Of a stretch of DNA of 64,000 nucleotides, positions 48,286 through 58,727 are shown in pieces; the first letter of the stretch is position 1, and every line of letters starts with the position of its first letter. Made by a program: the position numbers and the translations under genes. The notes beneath the pieces were generated by a model, which saw only the letters and a list, made by a program, of their open reading frames with translations, made no database searches and was not told where the DNA came from. Origin of the DNA: Planctomycetota bacterium (lineage in GTDB: Bacteria > Planctomycetota > UBA1135 > UBA2386); assembly GCA_965223545.1 (NCBI GenBank), contig OZ245006.1:608001-672000 (forward strand), written 5' to 3'.

Positions 48286-49911
48286 CTACTGCGTCGGCGT
48301 CGGCTCACCCGCGCCCAAGAGGACGTCGAGGCCGTCGCGCACGACCGGTGGCAAGCGGGTCGGATCGAGGTAGTAGATGGTGATGACGGTGAGCAGCAGC
48401 ACCACGAGCACACCCACCACGATGCCGACGCGGCGCCGTCGGGTGGACTGCGCCTGCAGCTCGGCATCGGTGGTCATGTACGACAGGCCACCGAGCACCG
48501 GCAACGCCAGCACTCGCTCGACGTCGTCCACCGTCTTGAACGTGCTCTGCAAGATGTCGATGAGCAGCACCAACCCGATCGCCACCGCCAACCCGACCGC
48601 GAGACCGGCGAGCGCCACCAGGGTGATGTTCGGCTCGGTCGGCCGCTTCGGCACCTGTACCGGCGCCAACAGCTCGAACACGTCGTTGGTGCGCAGGCCG
48701 CCGCGCTGCAGCCGTTGGCTGCGCAGGGTCTGCTCCAGGCTGCGGATCGCGGTCTCCGCGCGCGCTTCTTTGTCGAGCAGCTGCTGGTAGTCGACCCGGC
48801 GAAACGGGATCTCGGCGATCTCGCTGTCGGTCTCGGCGAGCCGCGCTTCGTCCGCCTGCTGGGCGCCGCGCAGCCCCTGCACGCGGAGCTCGAGGCGGCG
48901 CACCTCGTCGGCAGCCTCGCGGTAGGCCGGGTTCTCGACCTCATCGGCGGCCGTCGGCCCGAACTTTGCCACCATCCGGTCCAGCTCCTCCTGCCAGCGG
49001 TCGCGCAGGCGCTGGCGCGCCGGCCGGTCCTTGTGCGCCTCACTCATCGCCGACAACGCCATGTCGATGTTCGCGATCCGCCCCTGCAGGGCGGCTACCG
49101 CCTTGCCGAGCGCCTCCGGCACGTTCGCTTGCGTCGGACCGGGCAGGGTCGGCTGCAGCCCCGCGCGCGTCGCGCGCGCCGCCTGCAGCTCGAGCTCGAG
49201 GGTCTCGATCTCGGCCTTGCGCTGCGAGACCGCGGCGTCGAGATCTTCGCGCCGGCGGGTCAGCGTGCTCTGACCCTGGTCCTGGCCCGGCGGCCCGACG
49301 TCCAGCGGGTTGATCCCCCAGCTGCGCTCGAACTCCGCCTTCTCCAGCCGCGCCGCGATCAAGTCGTCGTTCGATGCGTTCAGCTGCGCGTTGAGACGGC
49401 GCAGCTCCTCGTCGATGCGCACCCGCAGATCGGTCATCTGCTGCTCGACCCAGACGTCGATCAGCGCCTTGGTGAAGTCCACTGCCCGCGTCGCGTCGGT
49501 GTCGCGGTAGGTGACCCTGAGGTGCGCGGTCTGCCGGCCGCGCTTGGGGTTGAGGTCGATGATCTCCAACCGGTCGCGAAACTCGGCCTCGGCCGCCTGT
49601 CGCTCGGCGACATCCTCGATCGCGGCCTCGGGCCACTGCAGCTGCTGCAGCGCGTCCTTGGTCGCGTACGGCATCGTCACCTGGGCGCTGTCGACCAAGG
49701 CCGCCATCGGGTCGTCGGTGGCATCGGTGTCCAACATGCTGCCGTGGAACTCGAGCACCGTCGTGGCGACGTAGTAGCGCGGAATCAGGTAAGCGACCAG
49801 CGCGCCGACCAGCAGCCCGAGCAGACTCACGGGCACCAGCTGCCACCGGTGCCGGCGCAGCAGGTCCAGGTAGCGCGCGAGCGAGACCTGTGGCAGATCG
49901 AGCTGCGTCAT
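48286..49911 (-). CDS. Polysaccharide chain-length determinant (Wzz/Wzc N-terminal part, no kinase domain)
   Basis: TM - long coiled coil - P..P..P - TM - TVDDVERVLALPVLG - extra C-terminal TM. Confidence 0.85.
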   Translation of the reverse strand: MTQLDLPQVSLARYLDLLRRHRWQLVPVSLLGLLVGALVAYLIPRYYVATTVLEFHGSMLDTDATDDPMAALVDSAQVTMPYATKDALQQLQWPEAAIEDVAERQAAEAEFRDRLEIIDLNPKRGRQTAHLRVTYRDTDATRAVDFTKALIDVWVEQQMTDLRVRIDEELRRLNAQLNASNDDLIAARLEKAEFERSWGINPLDVGPPGQDQGQSTLTRRREDLDAAVSQRKAEIETLELELQAARATRAGLQPTLPGPTQANVPEALGKAVAALQGRIANIDMALSAMSEAHKDRPARQRLRDRWQEELDRMVAKFGPTAADEVENPAYREAADEVRRLELRVQGLRGAQQADEARLAETDSEIAEIPFRRVDYQQLLDKEARAETAIRSLEQTLRSQRLQRGGLRTNDVFELLAPVQVPKRPTEPNITLVALAGLAVGLAVAIGLVLLIDILQSTFKTVDDVERVLALPVLGGLSYMTTDAELQAQSTRRRRVGIVVGVLVVLLLTVITIYYLDPTRLPPVVRDGLDVLLGAGEPTPTQ

Positions 49912-49945
49912 CGTCCCACCCCCACTCTCCGTCGCCGAGCCCGCA

Positions 49946-50773
49946 TCAGAAGCCGAAGAAGAAGCGGTTGCCGATCCGGTTGGTGTCGCCGGTCAGGTAG
50001 TCGTAGCTGGCGCGCACCGAGGCGACGCCGAACAGGGCCCGAACGATCACCGCCACCGGCTCGAGCAGCTTCTCGACGAAGCGGGTCAGCATGCCGAAGA
50101 ACGTCGGCGGCACGTAGAGGAAGTCGTTGTCCTGCAGCTTGAGGTTGTAGGTCGTGTTGCCGGTCAACACCATCTCGCGCATGTTGATCTCGACGGTGAG
50201 CGGGTTCTGCGCATCGGGTCGGATCAAGCGCACGCGGCCCAGGTTGGCCAGCTGCGTCGGCGAGGACAGGGCCAACGCCTCGATCACGGTGACGTCGGCC
50301 TTGAGGAACGGAATCCGGCCCTTGCGTTCGGCCTCGCCCCAGACGTAGTAGGCCTTGCCGCGGTCGTCGACCCGCGCCGTCAGCGCGATCGGATCCCGGG
50401 GGAACAGCGGCTGCAGCTGCGCCTCGACCAGGCTCGCCGCCTCGCGCTCGGTCAGTCCCAGCACCGGCACGCTGCCGATGTAGGGCACGTGGATGGTACC
50501 GTCGATGCCGATCGGTTGCTTCTGCGCCAACAGCGCCAGCTGCTCCATGCCCGGCTGGCTGACCACCACCGGATCGAGGTAGAACTGGATCCCGTCGCCG
50601 CCGGCGATGTAGTTCTCCCACGTCGCCACACCATCGGCGCGTGAGCCGAAGCCCTTCTCGTTGAGCAGCTCCCGGATCCGCTGCTGCTCCAGGCCGGTGC
50701 AGCCGGCCAACGCGGTCAGCAGCCCCGCCAGCAGGGCGAGCAGACGGAGGGCAGAGGGCGGGGTCGGCTTCAA
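49946..50773 (-). CDS. wza: Polysaccharide export lipoprotein (Wza/Poly_export + SLBB)
   Basis: Lipobox ALAGC; DGTIHVPYIG.V...GLT; VWGE; LQDNDFLYVP. Confidence 0.85.
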   Translation of the reverse strand: MKPTPPSALRLLALLAGLLTALAGCTGLEQQRIRELLNEKGFGSRADGVATWENYIAGGDGIQFYLDPVVVSQPGMEQLALLAQKQPIGIDGTIHVPYIGSVPVLGLTEREAASLVEAQLQPLFPRDPIALTARVDDRGKAYYVWGEAERKGRIPFLKADVTVIEALALSSPTQLANLGRVRLIRPDAQNPLTVEINMREMVLTGNTTYNLKLQDNDFLYVPPTFFGMLTRFVEKLLEPVAVIVRALFGVASVRASYDYLTGDTNRIGNRFFFGF

Positions 50774-50806
50774 ACGGCGCTCCGGGCACTGGCTTGCATC
50801 CCCTTC

Positions 50807-50835
50807 ATGCTAAGACCGCGACCTTTGCGGTGCAA
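50807..50835 (-). promoter_or_regulatory. Candidate sigma70 promoter for the wza...deacetylase operon
   Basis: Minus strand TTGCAC-N17-TAGCAT, ~33 nt upstream of the wza start. Confidence 0.5.
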
Positions 50836-50850
50836 AGACGGGAAACGGGT

Positions 50851-51867
50851 CTACCGCGTCCGATCGCCGTATTGACGCTCGTAGTAGTCCCGGTAGGCGC
50901 CGGTGCGCACGCGCTGCCACCAATCGCGGTGGTCGACGTACCACCGCACCGTCGCCTCGAGCCCCTCGGCAAAGGTGTGGCGCGGACGCCAGGCGAGCTC
51001 GCGCTCGATCTTGGCGATGTCCATCGCGTAGCGGCGGTCGTGTCCGGGGCGATCCGTCACGTAGCGGATCAGCTCCTCACCCTTGCCCACCAGGCCCAGG
51101 ATGCGCTTGACCACGTCGATGTTCTGCTCCTCGGCGTTGCCGCCCAGGTTGTAGACCTCACCGGGCACGCCGCGCTCCATCACCGCGCGAACCCCCTCGC
51201 AGTGGTCTGTCACGTAGATCCAATCGCGCACGTTCTTGCCGTCGCCGTACACCGGCAGCGGCTGATCTTCGAGCGCGTTGGCGATCATCAGCGGGATCAG
51301 CTTCTCGGGGAACTGGAATGGGCCGTAGTTGTTCGAGCACCGCGTGGTGACCACCGCCATGCCGTGCGTGTGGAAGGCGGCGCGGACCAGCATGTCGCTG
51401 GCGGCCTTGCTCGCCGAGTACGGCGAGTTGGGCGCCAACGGCGTCGTCTCGGTGAACAGACCGGTGGGCCCCAGACTGCCGTAGACCTCGTCGGTGCTGA
51501 CGTGCACGAAACGCTGGACCTCGTGCTCTCGCGCACAGTCGAGCAGCACCTGGGTGCCGACGACGTTGGTGCGGACGAAGGCGCTGGCGTCGAGCACCGA
51601 CCGATCGACGTGACTCTCGGCGGCGAAGTGCACCACGATGTGCGGCAGGTGCGCGGCGAACACTTGCCGCATGTGGGCGGGATCGGCGATGTCGCCCTTG
51701 ACGAAGGTGTAGCGCGCGTCGGCCTCGACGTCGGTCAGGTTCTCGAGATTGCCGGCGTAGGTCAGAGCGTCGAGATTGACGACGTCGTGGTCGGTCTCGG
51801 CGAGCAGCAAGCGCACGAAGTTGCTGCCGATGAAACCGGCGCCGCCGGTGACCAGGATTTTGCTCAT
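50851..51867 (-). CDS. rfbB: dTDP-glucose 4,6-dehydratase
   Basis: [67 protein letters not shown]. Confidence 0.96.
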   Translation of the reverse strand: MSKILVTGGAGFIGSNFVRLLLAETDHDVVNLDALTYAGNLENLTDVEADARYTFVKGDIADPAHMRQVFAAHLPHIVVHFAAESHVDRSVLDASAFVRTNVVGTQVLLDCAREHEVQRFVHVSTDEVYGSLGPTGLFTETTPLAPNSPYSASKAASDMLVRAAFHTHGMAVVTTRCSNNYGPFQFPEKLIPLMIANALEDQPLPVYGDGKNVRDWIYVTDHCEGVRAVMERGVPGEVYNLGGNAEEQNIDVVKRILGLVGKGEELIRYVTDRPGHDRRYAMDIAKIERELAWRPRHTFAEGLEATVRWYVDHRDWWQRVRTGAYRDYYERQYGDRTR

Positions 51868-52718
51868 GAGGATTCCGCGCGAAGATACCTTGCGATCGCC
51901 TCTTGATAGGTCGGCAGCTCGCGGCCGCGAACCGAAGCCAGCCGGCCGCAATCCAGCACCGAGTAGGCCGGCCGCGGCGCCGGCCGATCGAGCTCCGCGC
52001 TCGCCATGGTACCGACCGGCACGTGGCCGAGGCCGGCCTGGGCAAGGATCTCGACGGCGAAGCCGTGCCAGGAGCACTCGCCGCGGTTGGCGGCGTGGTA
52101 GATCCCGGCACTGTCGGACAATGCCGCGAGATCGAGCAGGGCCTCGGCCAGGTCGGGCGTGTAGGTCGGCCGGCCGACCTGGTCGTCCACTACGGACAGG
52201 GGCTCGCCGGAGCGCGCCCGGGCCAGGATGGCGGCCGGAAAGTTGCGCCCGCCCGGCCCGAACACCCACGAGGTGCGCACCACGCAGTGCCGCGGCGCGG
52301 CGCGCTCGAGCACCGCGCGCTCGCCCGAGAGCTTGCTGCGGCCGTACGCCGACAAGGGACGGGGATCGTGCTCGGGTGGGTACGGGCTGCGCGCGGCTCC
52401 GTCGAAGACGAAGTCGGTGCTGACGTAGATCAAGCCGGCGCCGCGCTCGGCGCAGGCGTCGACCAGATGCGCCGTCCCGCCGCCGTTGACGCGCTCGGCG
52501 CGCTCCGGGTCGCGCTCGCACCCGTCCACGTCGGTCCACGCCCCGCAGTGCAGCACCGTTGTTGGCCGCTGGGCATCGAAGACGCGCTGGACGGCGTCGC
52601 GGTCCTCGACCGGCAGCGCGTCGTGGCTGCAGCCGTAGACGTCGACGCCGCGCGCGGCCGCCGATGCCACGACCGCGCGGCCGAGCTGACCCGTCGCCCC
52701 CGTCACCAGGACTGTCAT
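51864..52718 (-). CDS. rfbD: dTDP-4-dehydrorhamnose reductase
   Basis: VTGATGQLG, AWTDVDGCE, STDFVFDG, YGRSKLSGE, DQVGRPT, APRPAYSVL. Confidence 0.95.
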   Translation of the reverse strand: MTVLVTGATGQLGRAVVASAAARGVDVYGCSHDALPVEDRDAVQRVFDAQRPTTVLHCGAWTDVDGCERDPERAERVNGGGTAHLVDACAERGAGLIYVSTDFVFDGAARSPYPPEHDPRPLSAYGRSKLSGERAVLERAAPRHCVVRTSWVFGPGGRNFPAAILARARSGEPLSVVDDQVGRPTYTPDLAEALLDLAALSDSAGIYHAANRGECSWHGFAVEILAQAGLGHVPVGTMASAELDRPAPRPAYSVLDCGRLASVRGRELPTYQEAIARYLRAESS

Positions 52719-52788
52719 GCCAGTCCAGCGTAGCCCGCGGCGCCCGCCACTCCACGAGGTAGTCTACGCAGACCGAGAGCCGCCGCCC

Positions 52789-54333
52789 GTGTCGTCCTCC
52801 AGCCCCCCTGCCACCCACCCGCTGCACGCCCGGCGCGACGCCGCGCTGGTGGTGGCGTTCCAGGTGGCGATGCTGGTCGGTTTCGACGCGCACATCGACC
52901 TGCAGCTCGCCGATGAGGTGATCTACCAGGAGCAGGGCCATGCGCTGCTGCGCGGTGAGCCCGAGGCCAAGATGCTCGGCTACGGACCGGTCTACTCGCC
53001 GTTGTACGCGCTGGTGCAGCTGTTCCCGCTGCGCGGCGCGGAGGTGCAGGACGCGGTCACGTGGATCACCGGGATCGGCGGGCCGCTCGCGCTGTGGTGG
53101 GCGCTGCGGGGCTTCGCCGGCCCGGTGGCGGCAGTCCTCGGCGCGGCGTGGTGGGGCGGCGCTCCGCTGGTCATCGGCTTCCCGGTGCGCATCTACGTCT
53201 TCACCGCGATCTTCTGGCTGCTCGCGCTCGGTGCGGTGGCGCGGGGGCGGACGACGCTGGCCCTGACCCTGCTGGCGGTGGCCGCCTTCAACCGGCTGGA
53301 GCACCTCCCCTGGCTCGGCCTGGCGGGCGTACTGGTGGCCGTGCACGGCTGGCGCACGCGCGGGCGCCGGGCCGGGCTGCGCGGCGTGCTGTTCGCCGCG
53401 ATCGCGGCCGGCCTGATGGTGACGCTCACCACGTCGCCGTCTGCCCGACAGCACTCTTGGCTCGCGTTCCAAGACCACTACGCCGGCCATGCCGCCTCCC
53501 CCCCGGGCCAGCCGCCGCGCATCAGCACCCCGCTCGCGCAGCAGCGGCAGGTCGTGGCCCGGGACTTCGGCGCCGCCGATTCGGTCCTCGCCGCCGGCCG
53601 CGCCAACCCGGGCGCCCTGGCGCGGCACGTGCTGCGCAACGCCGGCTTCGTACCGAGCAACATCGCGGAGAATCTGACGACGCCATGGCGGCACGCGCCG
53701 CTGGTCCGTTGGGGCGCCCTGCTCCTCGTCGGCCTCCTCGCCCTCGCCGGTCTCGGGCGCAGCCGAATCCCGATCTCGGCCGACGCACATCTCCTGCTGT
53801 GGTCGGCCTGGGCCGTGGTGCCGGGCCTGCTGTTGGTCTATCCGCGCTCGGGATTCGTCCTGGCGGCGTCCCTGTCGTTGCTGATCGCCGTCATGCGCGC
53901 CGCCGACGCCGGCGCGGCGGCGGTCGCGCGGGCGCTGCCACGCAGAGCGGCGCACGCCATGGCCGGCGCGGCGTTGGTCGCGCCTCTGCTGTTTGCCGCG
54001 GCCGTTGGCGGCCCCCACCGGCAGGCACCGGCGAGCAGCTGTCCCGGCCGCGACGCGATCCGAGTGCTGCAGCGGGCCGCGATCGACAGCCATGATCGGG
54101 TGGGCGGCAGTGCCGCCCACGGGCTGCTGCGGCTCGCCAACCTCGATGCGGTGCCCGTCGGGTTGAACGCCACCGCCGCCTCGCCCCTCGACGCCGACTG
54201 GGTGTTGCTGTGCGCCTGGGACATCGGCTCGCCCGCCGAGGCGGCGGCACTCGTCCAGCTCGGCGGCGAACACTGGCGCCTCGTCGACGCCGGCTGGAGC
54301 ACGTCGCTGTTTCGCCGCGAGGTCGACCGGTGA
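52789..54333 (+). CDS. Polytopic membrane protein, possibly GT-C-fold
   Basis: ~10+ TM helices; DE..Y after the first TM (LADEVIY) and YGPVY.PLY; start uncertain (52717 or 52789). Confidence 0.6.
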   Translation: MSSSSPPATHPLHARRDAALVVAFQVAMLVGFDAHIDLQLADEVIYQEQGHALLRGEPEAKMLGYGPVYSPLYALVQLFPLRGAEVQDAVTWITGIGGPLALWWALRGFAGPVAAVLGAAWWGGAPLVIGFPVRIYVFTAIFWLLALGAVARGRTTLALTLLAVAAFNRLEHLPWLGLAGVLVAVHGWRTRGRRAGLRGVLFAAIAAGLMVTLTTSPSARQHSWLAFQDHYAGHAASPPGQPPRISTPLAQQRQVVARDFGAADSVLAAGRANPGALARHVLRNAGFVPSNIAENLTTPWRHAPLVRWGALLLVGLLALAGLGRSRIPISADAHLLLWSAWAVVPGLLLVYPRSGFVLAASLSLLIAVMRAADAGAAAVARALPRRAAHAMAGAALVAPLLFAAAVGGPHRQAPASSCPGRDAIRVLQRAAIDSHDRVGGSAAHGLLRLANLDAVPVGLNATAASPLDADWVLLCAWDIGSPAEAAALVQLGGEHWRLVDAGWSTSLFRREVDR

Positions 54334-54761
54334 GGCACGAGCTCGGCACGCACATCGTCGCCGTGGCGGCCGCCGCACTCGCGCTCTTCTCGGCGACCCG
54401 TCCGTTTCCGCTGCGCGTGTGGATCGAAGATCCCGACCCGCTGCGCTGCCGCTCTGGCCACTACGGGGCCACGCTGCAGACCCCGCCCGACGCCGATATC
54501 GTGACTGCCCTCATCGACGAGCTCGACCACGCCGACCGCCGCGCCTTGGCGATCACCGCTCTCGGCCAGCTCGGCGCAGCGGCCCACGCCGCGACGGCGC
54601 CGCTGGCCCGGGTCGCCGGAACACTGTCCGGCCTGGAGCTGGCGCGCGCCGTGCTCTCCCTGCGCCGCATCTCGACTCCCGCGGACGAAGCGCTGCTGGG
54701 TCCCGTGCTGGAACGGGCTGCGCGGGATGCCCACCCGCTAGCGCGGCAGACAGCGCGCTGA
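54330..54761 (+). CDS. Small membrane-anchored HEAT-repeat-like protein
   Basis: GTGA overlap with the upstream gene; N-terminal TM; RALAITALGQLG.AA..A..PL. Confidence 0.55.
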   Translation: MRHELGTHIVAVAAAALALFSATRPFPLRVWIEDPDPLRCRSGHYGATLQTPPDADIVTALIDELDHADRRALAITALGQLGAAAHAATAPLARVAGTLSGLELARAVLSLRRISTPADEALLGPVLERAARDAHPLARQTAR

Positions 54762-54779
54762 ATGCACCGCCGCGGCGAC

Positions 54780-55514
54780 CTACAGGTCCATGCGGTTGGC
54801 GCCGCCCTCGGCGACCAGATTGCTGGCGCGGCGCAGCGAGTCGAAGGTGCCGGCGTCGGTCCACCAGCCACTCAAGACGTCGCACGTCATCGTGCCTTCT
54901 TCGATGAAGGCGTTGTTGACGTCGGTGATCTCAAGCTCGCCGCGCGCCGACGGCTTGAGCGCGCGCGCCTTGTCGAAGGCGGATGCGTCGAACATGTAGA
55001 TGCCGATCACCGCGAGGTTGGACTCGGGCTGCTCGGGCTTCTCGACGATCTCCTTGACGACGCCGTCCTCGACGCTCGCCACGCCGAAGCGCTCGGGATC
55101 GGGCACCTCCTTGAGCATGATCTTCGCCCCGCGCTCTTGTCGCTCGAAGTCCTCGACCGCCCCGCGGATGTTGCCCTCGATCAGGTTGTCGCCGAGCACG
55201 ACGACGAACTTGTCGCCGTCGACGAAGTGCTCACACAGCTTCAGCGCGTCGGCGATTCCGCCCTCGCCGCGCTGGTAGGTGTAGCTGAGGTCCTTGAGGC
55301 CGAAGTCGGCGCCGTTGCCCAGCAGCTGCAGGAAGTGACCGGCGCTGTTGCCGCCGGTCACGATCTGGATGTCGGAGATGCCGGCGTTGACCAGACACTG
55401 GATCGGGTAGTGGATCATCGGCCGGTCGAAGACCGGCAGCAGATGCTTGTTGGTGACGCGGGTCAGCGGCAGCAGCCGGGTTCCCAACCCACCGGCGAGG
55501 ACGACACCCTTCAT
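54780..55514 (-). CDS. rfbA: Glucose-1-phosphate thymidylyltransferase (short RfbA/SpsI type)
   Basis: GVVLAGGLGTRLLPLT..NKHLLPV, LGDN, EKP, PSARGELEITD, WTDAGT. Confidence 0.9.
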   Translation of the reverse strand: MKGVVLAGGLGTRLLPLTRVTNKHLLPVFDRPMIHYPIQCLVNAGISDIQIVTGGNSAGHFLQLLGNGADFGLKDLSYTYQRGEGGIADALKLCEHFVDGDKFVVVLGDNLIEGNIRGAVEDFERQERGAKIMLKEVPDPERFGVASVEDGVVKEIVEKPEQPESNLAVIGIYMFDASAFDKARALKPSARGELEITDVNNAFIEEGTMTCDVLSGWWTDAGTFDSLRRASNLVAEGGANRMDL

Positions 55515-56461
55515 GCGTAGCTACTCCGGTACCAGTCGTAGGTGTGGCGCAGACCCTCGGCGAACGAGACCTGCGGCTCGAACTGCAACAGGTCGCGTGC
55601 CCTCTGCACGTCGGCCATGCTGTGGAACACGTCGCCGGCGCGCGCCGGAGCGAACTCAGGCTCGACGTCGACGCCGGCGTACTGAACGATCTCGTCGAGG
55701 AGCTGGCGCACCGAGTAGCAGCCGCCGCAGGCGATGTTGACCACCTCGCAGCCCTCGGTCTGCGCCTCCATCGCCAAACGACAGCCGAGCGCGATGTCGC
55801 TGACGTAGGTGAAGTCGCGGGTCTGTTCGCCAGTGCCGTCGATCCGCGGCCGCGCACCTTGGCCGGAGCGCAGCACGGCGAGGCAGAACGCGGCGACGAC
55901 GCCGGAGTACGGGCTGTCGGGCACCTGTCGCGGTCCGAAGACGTTGAAGAAGCGCGTCACCACGGTGGGCAAGCCGTAGACGAACGAGAACGAGCGGCAG
56001 TAGAGCTCGGCCGCCAGCTTGGTCGCACCGTACGGGGACTGCGGGTTCTCGCGGACTTCCTCGTGCTTGGCCGGCGTCTCATCGTCGCCGTAGGCGGAAG
56101 ACGAGCCGGCGTAGACCACCTTCAACCCGTGCTCGCGGGCGGCGTTGAGGACGTGGATCGTGCCGGTGACGTTGTGCTCGTGCGACTCGAGCGGATGCTC
56201 GACACTGCGCACCACGGACGGAATGGCGGCGAGATGGAACACGCCGCTGGCGCCTTTGACCGCGCGCGCGACGTCGTCCGTCGAGGTGACCGACCCCTCG
56301 ACGACGACCAGGTCGCCCTGCAGCCCCGCGAGGTTGTCGCGATGACCGGACGAGAAGTTGTCCAAGACCGTGACGCCATACCCGTGCTCGAGCAGGTGGG
56401 CCGTCAGATGCGAGCCGATGAAACCGGCACCGCCGGTGACGACGAAGCGTGGATCAGGCAT
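55511..56461 (-). CDS. NDP-sugar 4-epimerase (extended SDR, WbgU/GalE-like)
   Basis: [48 protein letters not shown]. Confidence 0.9.
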   Translation of the reverse strand: MPDPRFVVTGGAGFIGSHLTAHLLEHGYGVTVLDNFSSGHRDNLAGLQGDLVVVEGSVTSTDDVARAVKGASGVFHLAAIPSVVRSVEHPLESHEHNVTGTIHVLNAAREHGLKVVYAGSSSAYGDDETPAKHEEVRENPQSPYGATKLAAELYCRSFSFVYGLPTVVTRFFNVFGPRQVPDSPYSGVVAAFCLAVLRSGQGARPRIDGTGEQTRDFTYVSDIALGCRLAMEAQTEGCEVVNIACGGCYSVRQLLDEIVQYAGVDVEPEFAPARAGDVFHSMADVQRARDLLQFEPQVSFAEGLRHTYDWYRSSYA

Positions 56462-56590
56462 GGAGAGTATCGGGATTTCGGACGTGGATCGGGCTCCTCG
56501 AGCGTCCCGCCCGCGGCCGCCAGCCGCTCCAATCGCGGCGGCGACACCTCACCATCGACGGTTTCGACCGTCAAGGTGTAATCGGGCACC

Positions 56591-57535
56591 TCAGGCCAAC
56601 CGCTGCTTGAAGTACTCGGCGGTGCGCTGCAGACCCGTTTCGAGGTCGATCTTCGGCTCCCAATCCAGCACCCGCTTGGCCTTGCCGATGTCGGGCCGGC
56701 GCTGCTTGGGGTCGTCCTGCGGCAGTGGCTTGTTGACGAATTTGGAGCTCGACCCGGTGACCCGCAGCACGTGCTCGCCGAACTCGCGGATCGTCATCTC
56801 GCGCGGGTTGCCGATGTTGGTGGGCTCGGTCTCATCGCTGTGCAACAGCCGCAAGATGCCCTCCACCAAGTCATCGACGAAGCAGAAGCTGCGCGTCTGG
56901 TTGCCGTCGCCGAACAAGGTCAGATCCTCGCCGCGCAGCGCTTGGCCCATGAACGAGGGCAACACGCGCCCGTCGTCCAGCCGCATGCGCGGCCCGTAGG
57001 TGTTGAAGATCCGCACGATCCGCGTCTCCACACCGTGGTAGCGGTGATAGGCCATCGTCATCGCCTCGGCGAAGCGCTTGGCCTCGTCGTAGACGCCGCG
57101 CGGGCCCACCGGGTTGACGTTGCCCCAGTAGTCCTCGGTCTGCGGGTGCACGAGTGGGTCGCCGTACACCTCGCTGGTGCTCGCCAACAACAGCCGCGCC
57201 CGCTTCTCCCGCGCCAACCCGAGCGCCTTGTGCGTGCCGAGGCTGCCGACCTTGAGCGTCTGAATGGGTAGCTCGAGGTAGTCGATCGGGCTCGCCGGCG
57301 AGGCGAAGTGCAGGATGTAGCCGAGCGGACCCGAGACGTGGATGTACTCGGTGACGTCTTGTCGGACGAAGCTGAAGTTCTCGTGCCCCATCATCGCCTC
57401 GACGTTGTCGAGGTTGCCGGTCACCAGGTTGTCCATGCAGACGACCTGGTAGCCGCCGTCGAGGAGGCGCTCGCAGAGGTGCGATCCAATGAAGCCGGCC
57501 CCACCGGTGACGAGCGCGCGCTTGGGTAGAGTCAT
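56591..57535 (-). CDS. uxs: UDP-glucuronate decarboxylase (UDP-xylose synthase)
   Basis: [58 protein letters not shown]. Confidence 0.93.
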   Translation of the reverse strand: MTLPKRALVTGGAGFIGSHLCERLLDGGYQVVCMDNLVTGNLDNVEAMMGHENFSFVRQDVTEYIHVSGPLGYILHFASPASPIDYLELPIQTLKVGSLGTHKALGLAREKRARLLLASTSEVYGDPLVHPQTEDYWGNVNPVGPRGVYDEAKRFAEAMTMAYHRYHGVETRIVRIFNTYGPRMRLDDGRVLPSFMGQALRGEDLTLFGDGNQTRSFCFVDDLVEGILRLLHSDETEPTNIGNPREMTIREFGEHVLRVTGSSSKFVNKPLPQDDPKQRRPDIGKAKRVLDWEPKIDLETGLQRTAEYFKQRLA

Positions 57536-58605
57536 GGGTGATTCTCAGGGAAAACGGCACCAGCCAGGGGATCGAGTGTGACCACCGTCCCGGCTTCGAT
57601 CCGGAACCGCGCCCCCGACCACACCACCGCGCCCTCACCTTCGCCGTGCACTTCGAGCCGAGGCGCCCGCGGTTCCGTGCGCACCGCGCCTTCGAGATCG
57701 AGCGCGGCAGGCAAGAACCGCTGGCTCGGTTTGTCGGTCAGGATCGCCAATCGATGCGCGGAAGGCAACTCCACGCTGCCGCCGCGCATGTGCAATCTCG
57801 CGGCGGCCGGCCCGTAGTTGTAGACCGTGCCGCGACCGCGCTCCGCCTCGAGGTACATCGAGCAGCCGGCGGCCTCGAGCACCGAACCGTCCGGCAGCAT
57901 GGCGCGGACCGGGCGCGTCTTGGTCTCCAGCGTCAGGTGGCGCAGGCGCTCGATGCCGAGCTCGACCTGCACGTCGCCGAGCCGGTCGATCCTTACCCGC
58001 GCCGGACCGGATGAACGCAGCTGTCCACCGTCGTGGAACACCAGCTGGAACTCACCGCGCCGCCGGACCTCCATCACCGCGCCGACGCGCAGGACGCGCA
58101 GCTTGTCGTAGAACGCCAGCGGTACGAACGCGGTGTCGTCGGCGGCCAACAGCCAGACGCGGTCTTCCAACCGAGCCAAGACGGCGACGTCCGGCGCCGC
58201 CTGCTCGCCGAGCTCGCGCCCCACCCACGACGGCCAACCGCCAGTGGGCGCCGCGGCGATCCGGCGCAGCAAGTCCAGGCCCTCGGTCAGCCCGACGCCC
58301 GCGGCGAGGTCACCGCCATCCGCGCGCCCAAAGGTCCCCGGGGGGTAGGTCGGCGTCGCCGGGTACGGAGCGTACACCGAGCTCAAGCCCTGAAACCCCG
58401 GCACCAGCACGCGCTCGCCCGGCGCCAACGGCACCCCCGGGATCGGCTCCGGCACCTGCGCCTCGCGCCGGCCCAGGAGCCGCTCGAAGGGCATGCGCAC
58501 CTGAGCCGGCGCGCTCGCCACGAGACCGGCGACACAGCACAGGACGAGGGCGCTGCGCGCTCCGCGCGAGCGCGCCGACAGGTTGGAGTCGAGCATCAAA
58601 GCCAT
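57532..58605 (-). CDS. Secreted hypothetical protein, beta-rich (weakly FecR-like) C-terminal region
   Basis: Signal peptide ending SAPAQ; co-oriented, overlaps the uxs start (ATGA). Confidence 0.65.
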   Translation of the reverse strand: MALMLDSNLSARSRGARSALVLCCVAGLVASAPAQVRMPFERLLGRREAQVPEPIPGVPLAPGERVLVPGFQGLSSVYAPYPATPTYPPGTFGRADGGDLAAGVGLTEGLDLLRRIAAAPTGGWPSWVGRELGEQAAPDVAVLARLEDRVWLLAADDTAFVPLAFYDKLRVLRVGAVMEVRRRGEFQLVFHDGGQLRSSGPARVRIDRLGDVQVELGIERLRHLTLETKTRPVRAMLPDGSVLEAAGCSMYLEAERGRGTVYNYGPAAARLHMRGGSVELPSAHRLAILTDKPSQRFLPAALDLEGAVRTEPRAPRLEVHGEGEGAVVWSGARFRIEAGTVVTLDPLAGAVFPENHP

Positions 58606-58727
58606 GGATCGCAACAAGCGGTCGGTGAGGGGCCGCCGCGCGCCCGCCGACCCCGGGTCGCTGCGCAGCTTAGCCCGCAGCGCCGCCGACGCCACCGCCA
58701 AGCGGCGCGGGCCGCCGGCGCACCGCG

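Noticed and set aside
50782..50799. Sigma54-like CCGGGCACTGGCTTGCAT
   Set aside because: Lies on the + strand pointing away from wza into the 3' end of rfbB, and GGCAC-to-TTGC spacing is one base short of consensus
50851..54378. 1175-aa ORF as a giant RfbB fusion
   Set aside because: The upstream 837 codons are a shadow frame over rfbD and antisense to the membrane gene; real rfbB starts at ATG 51867
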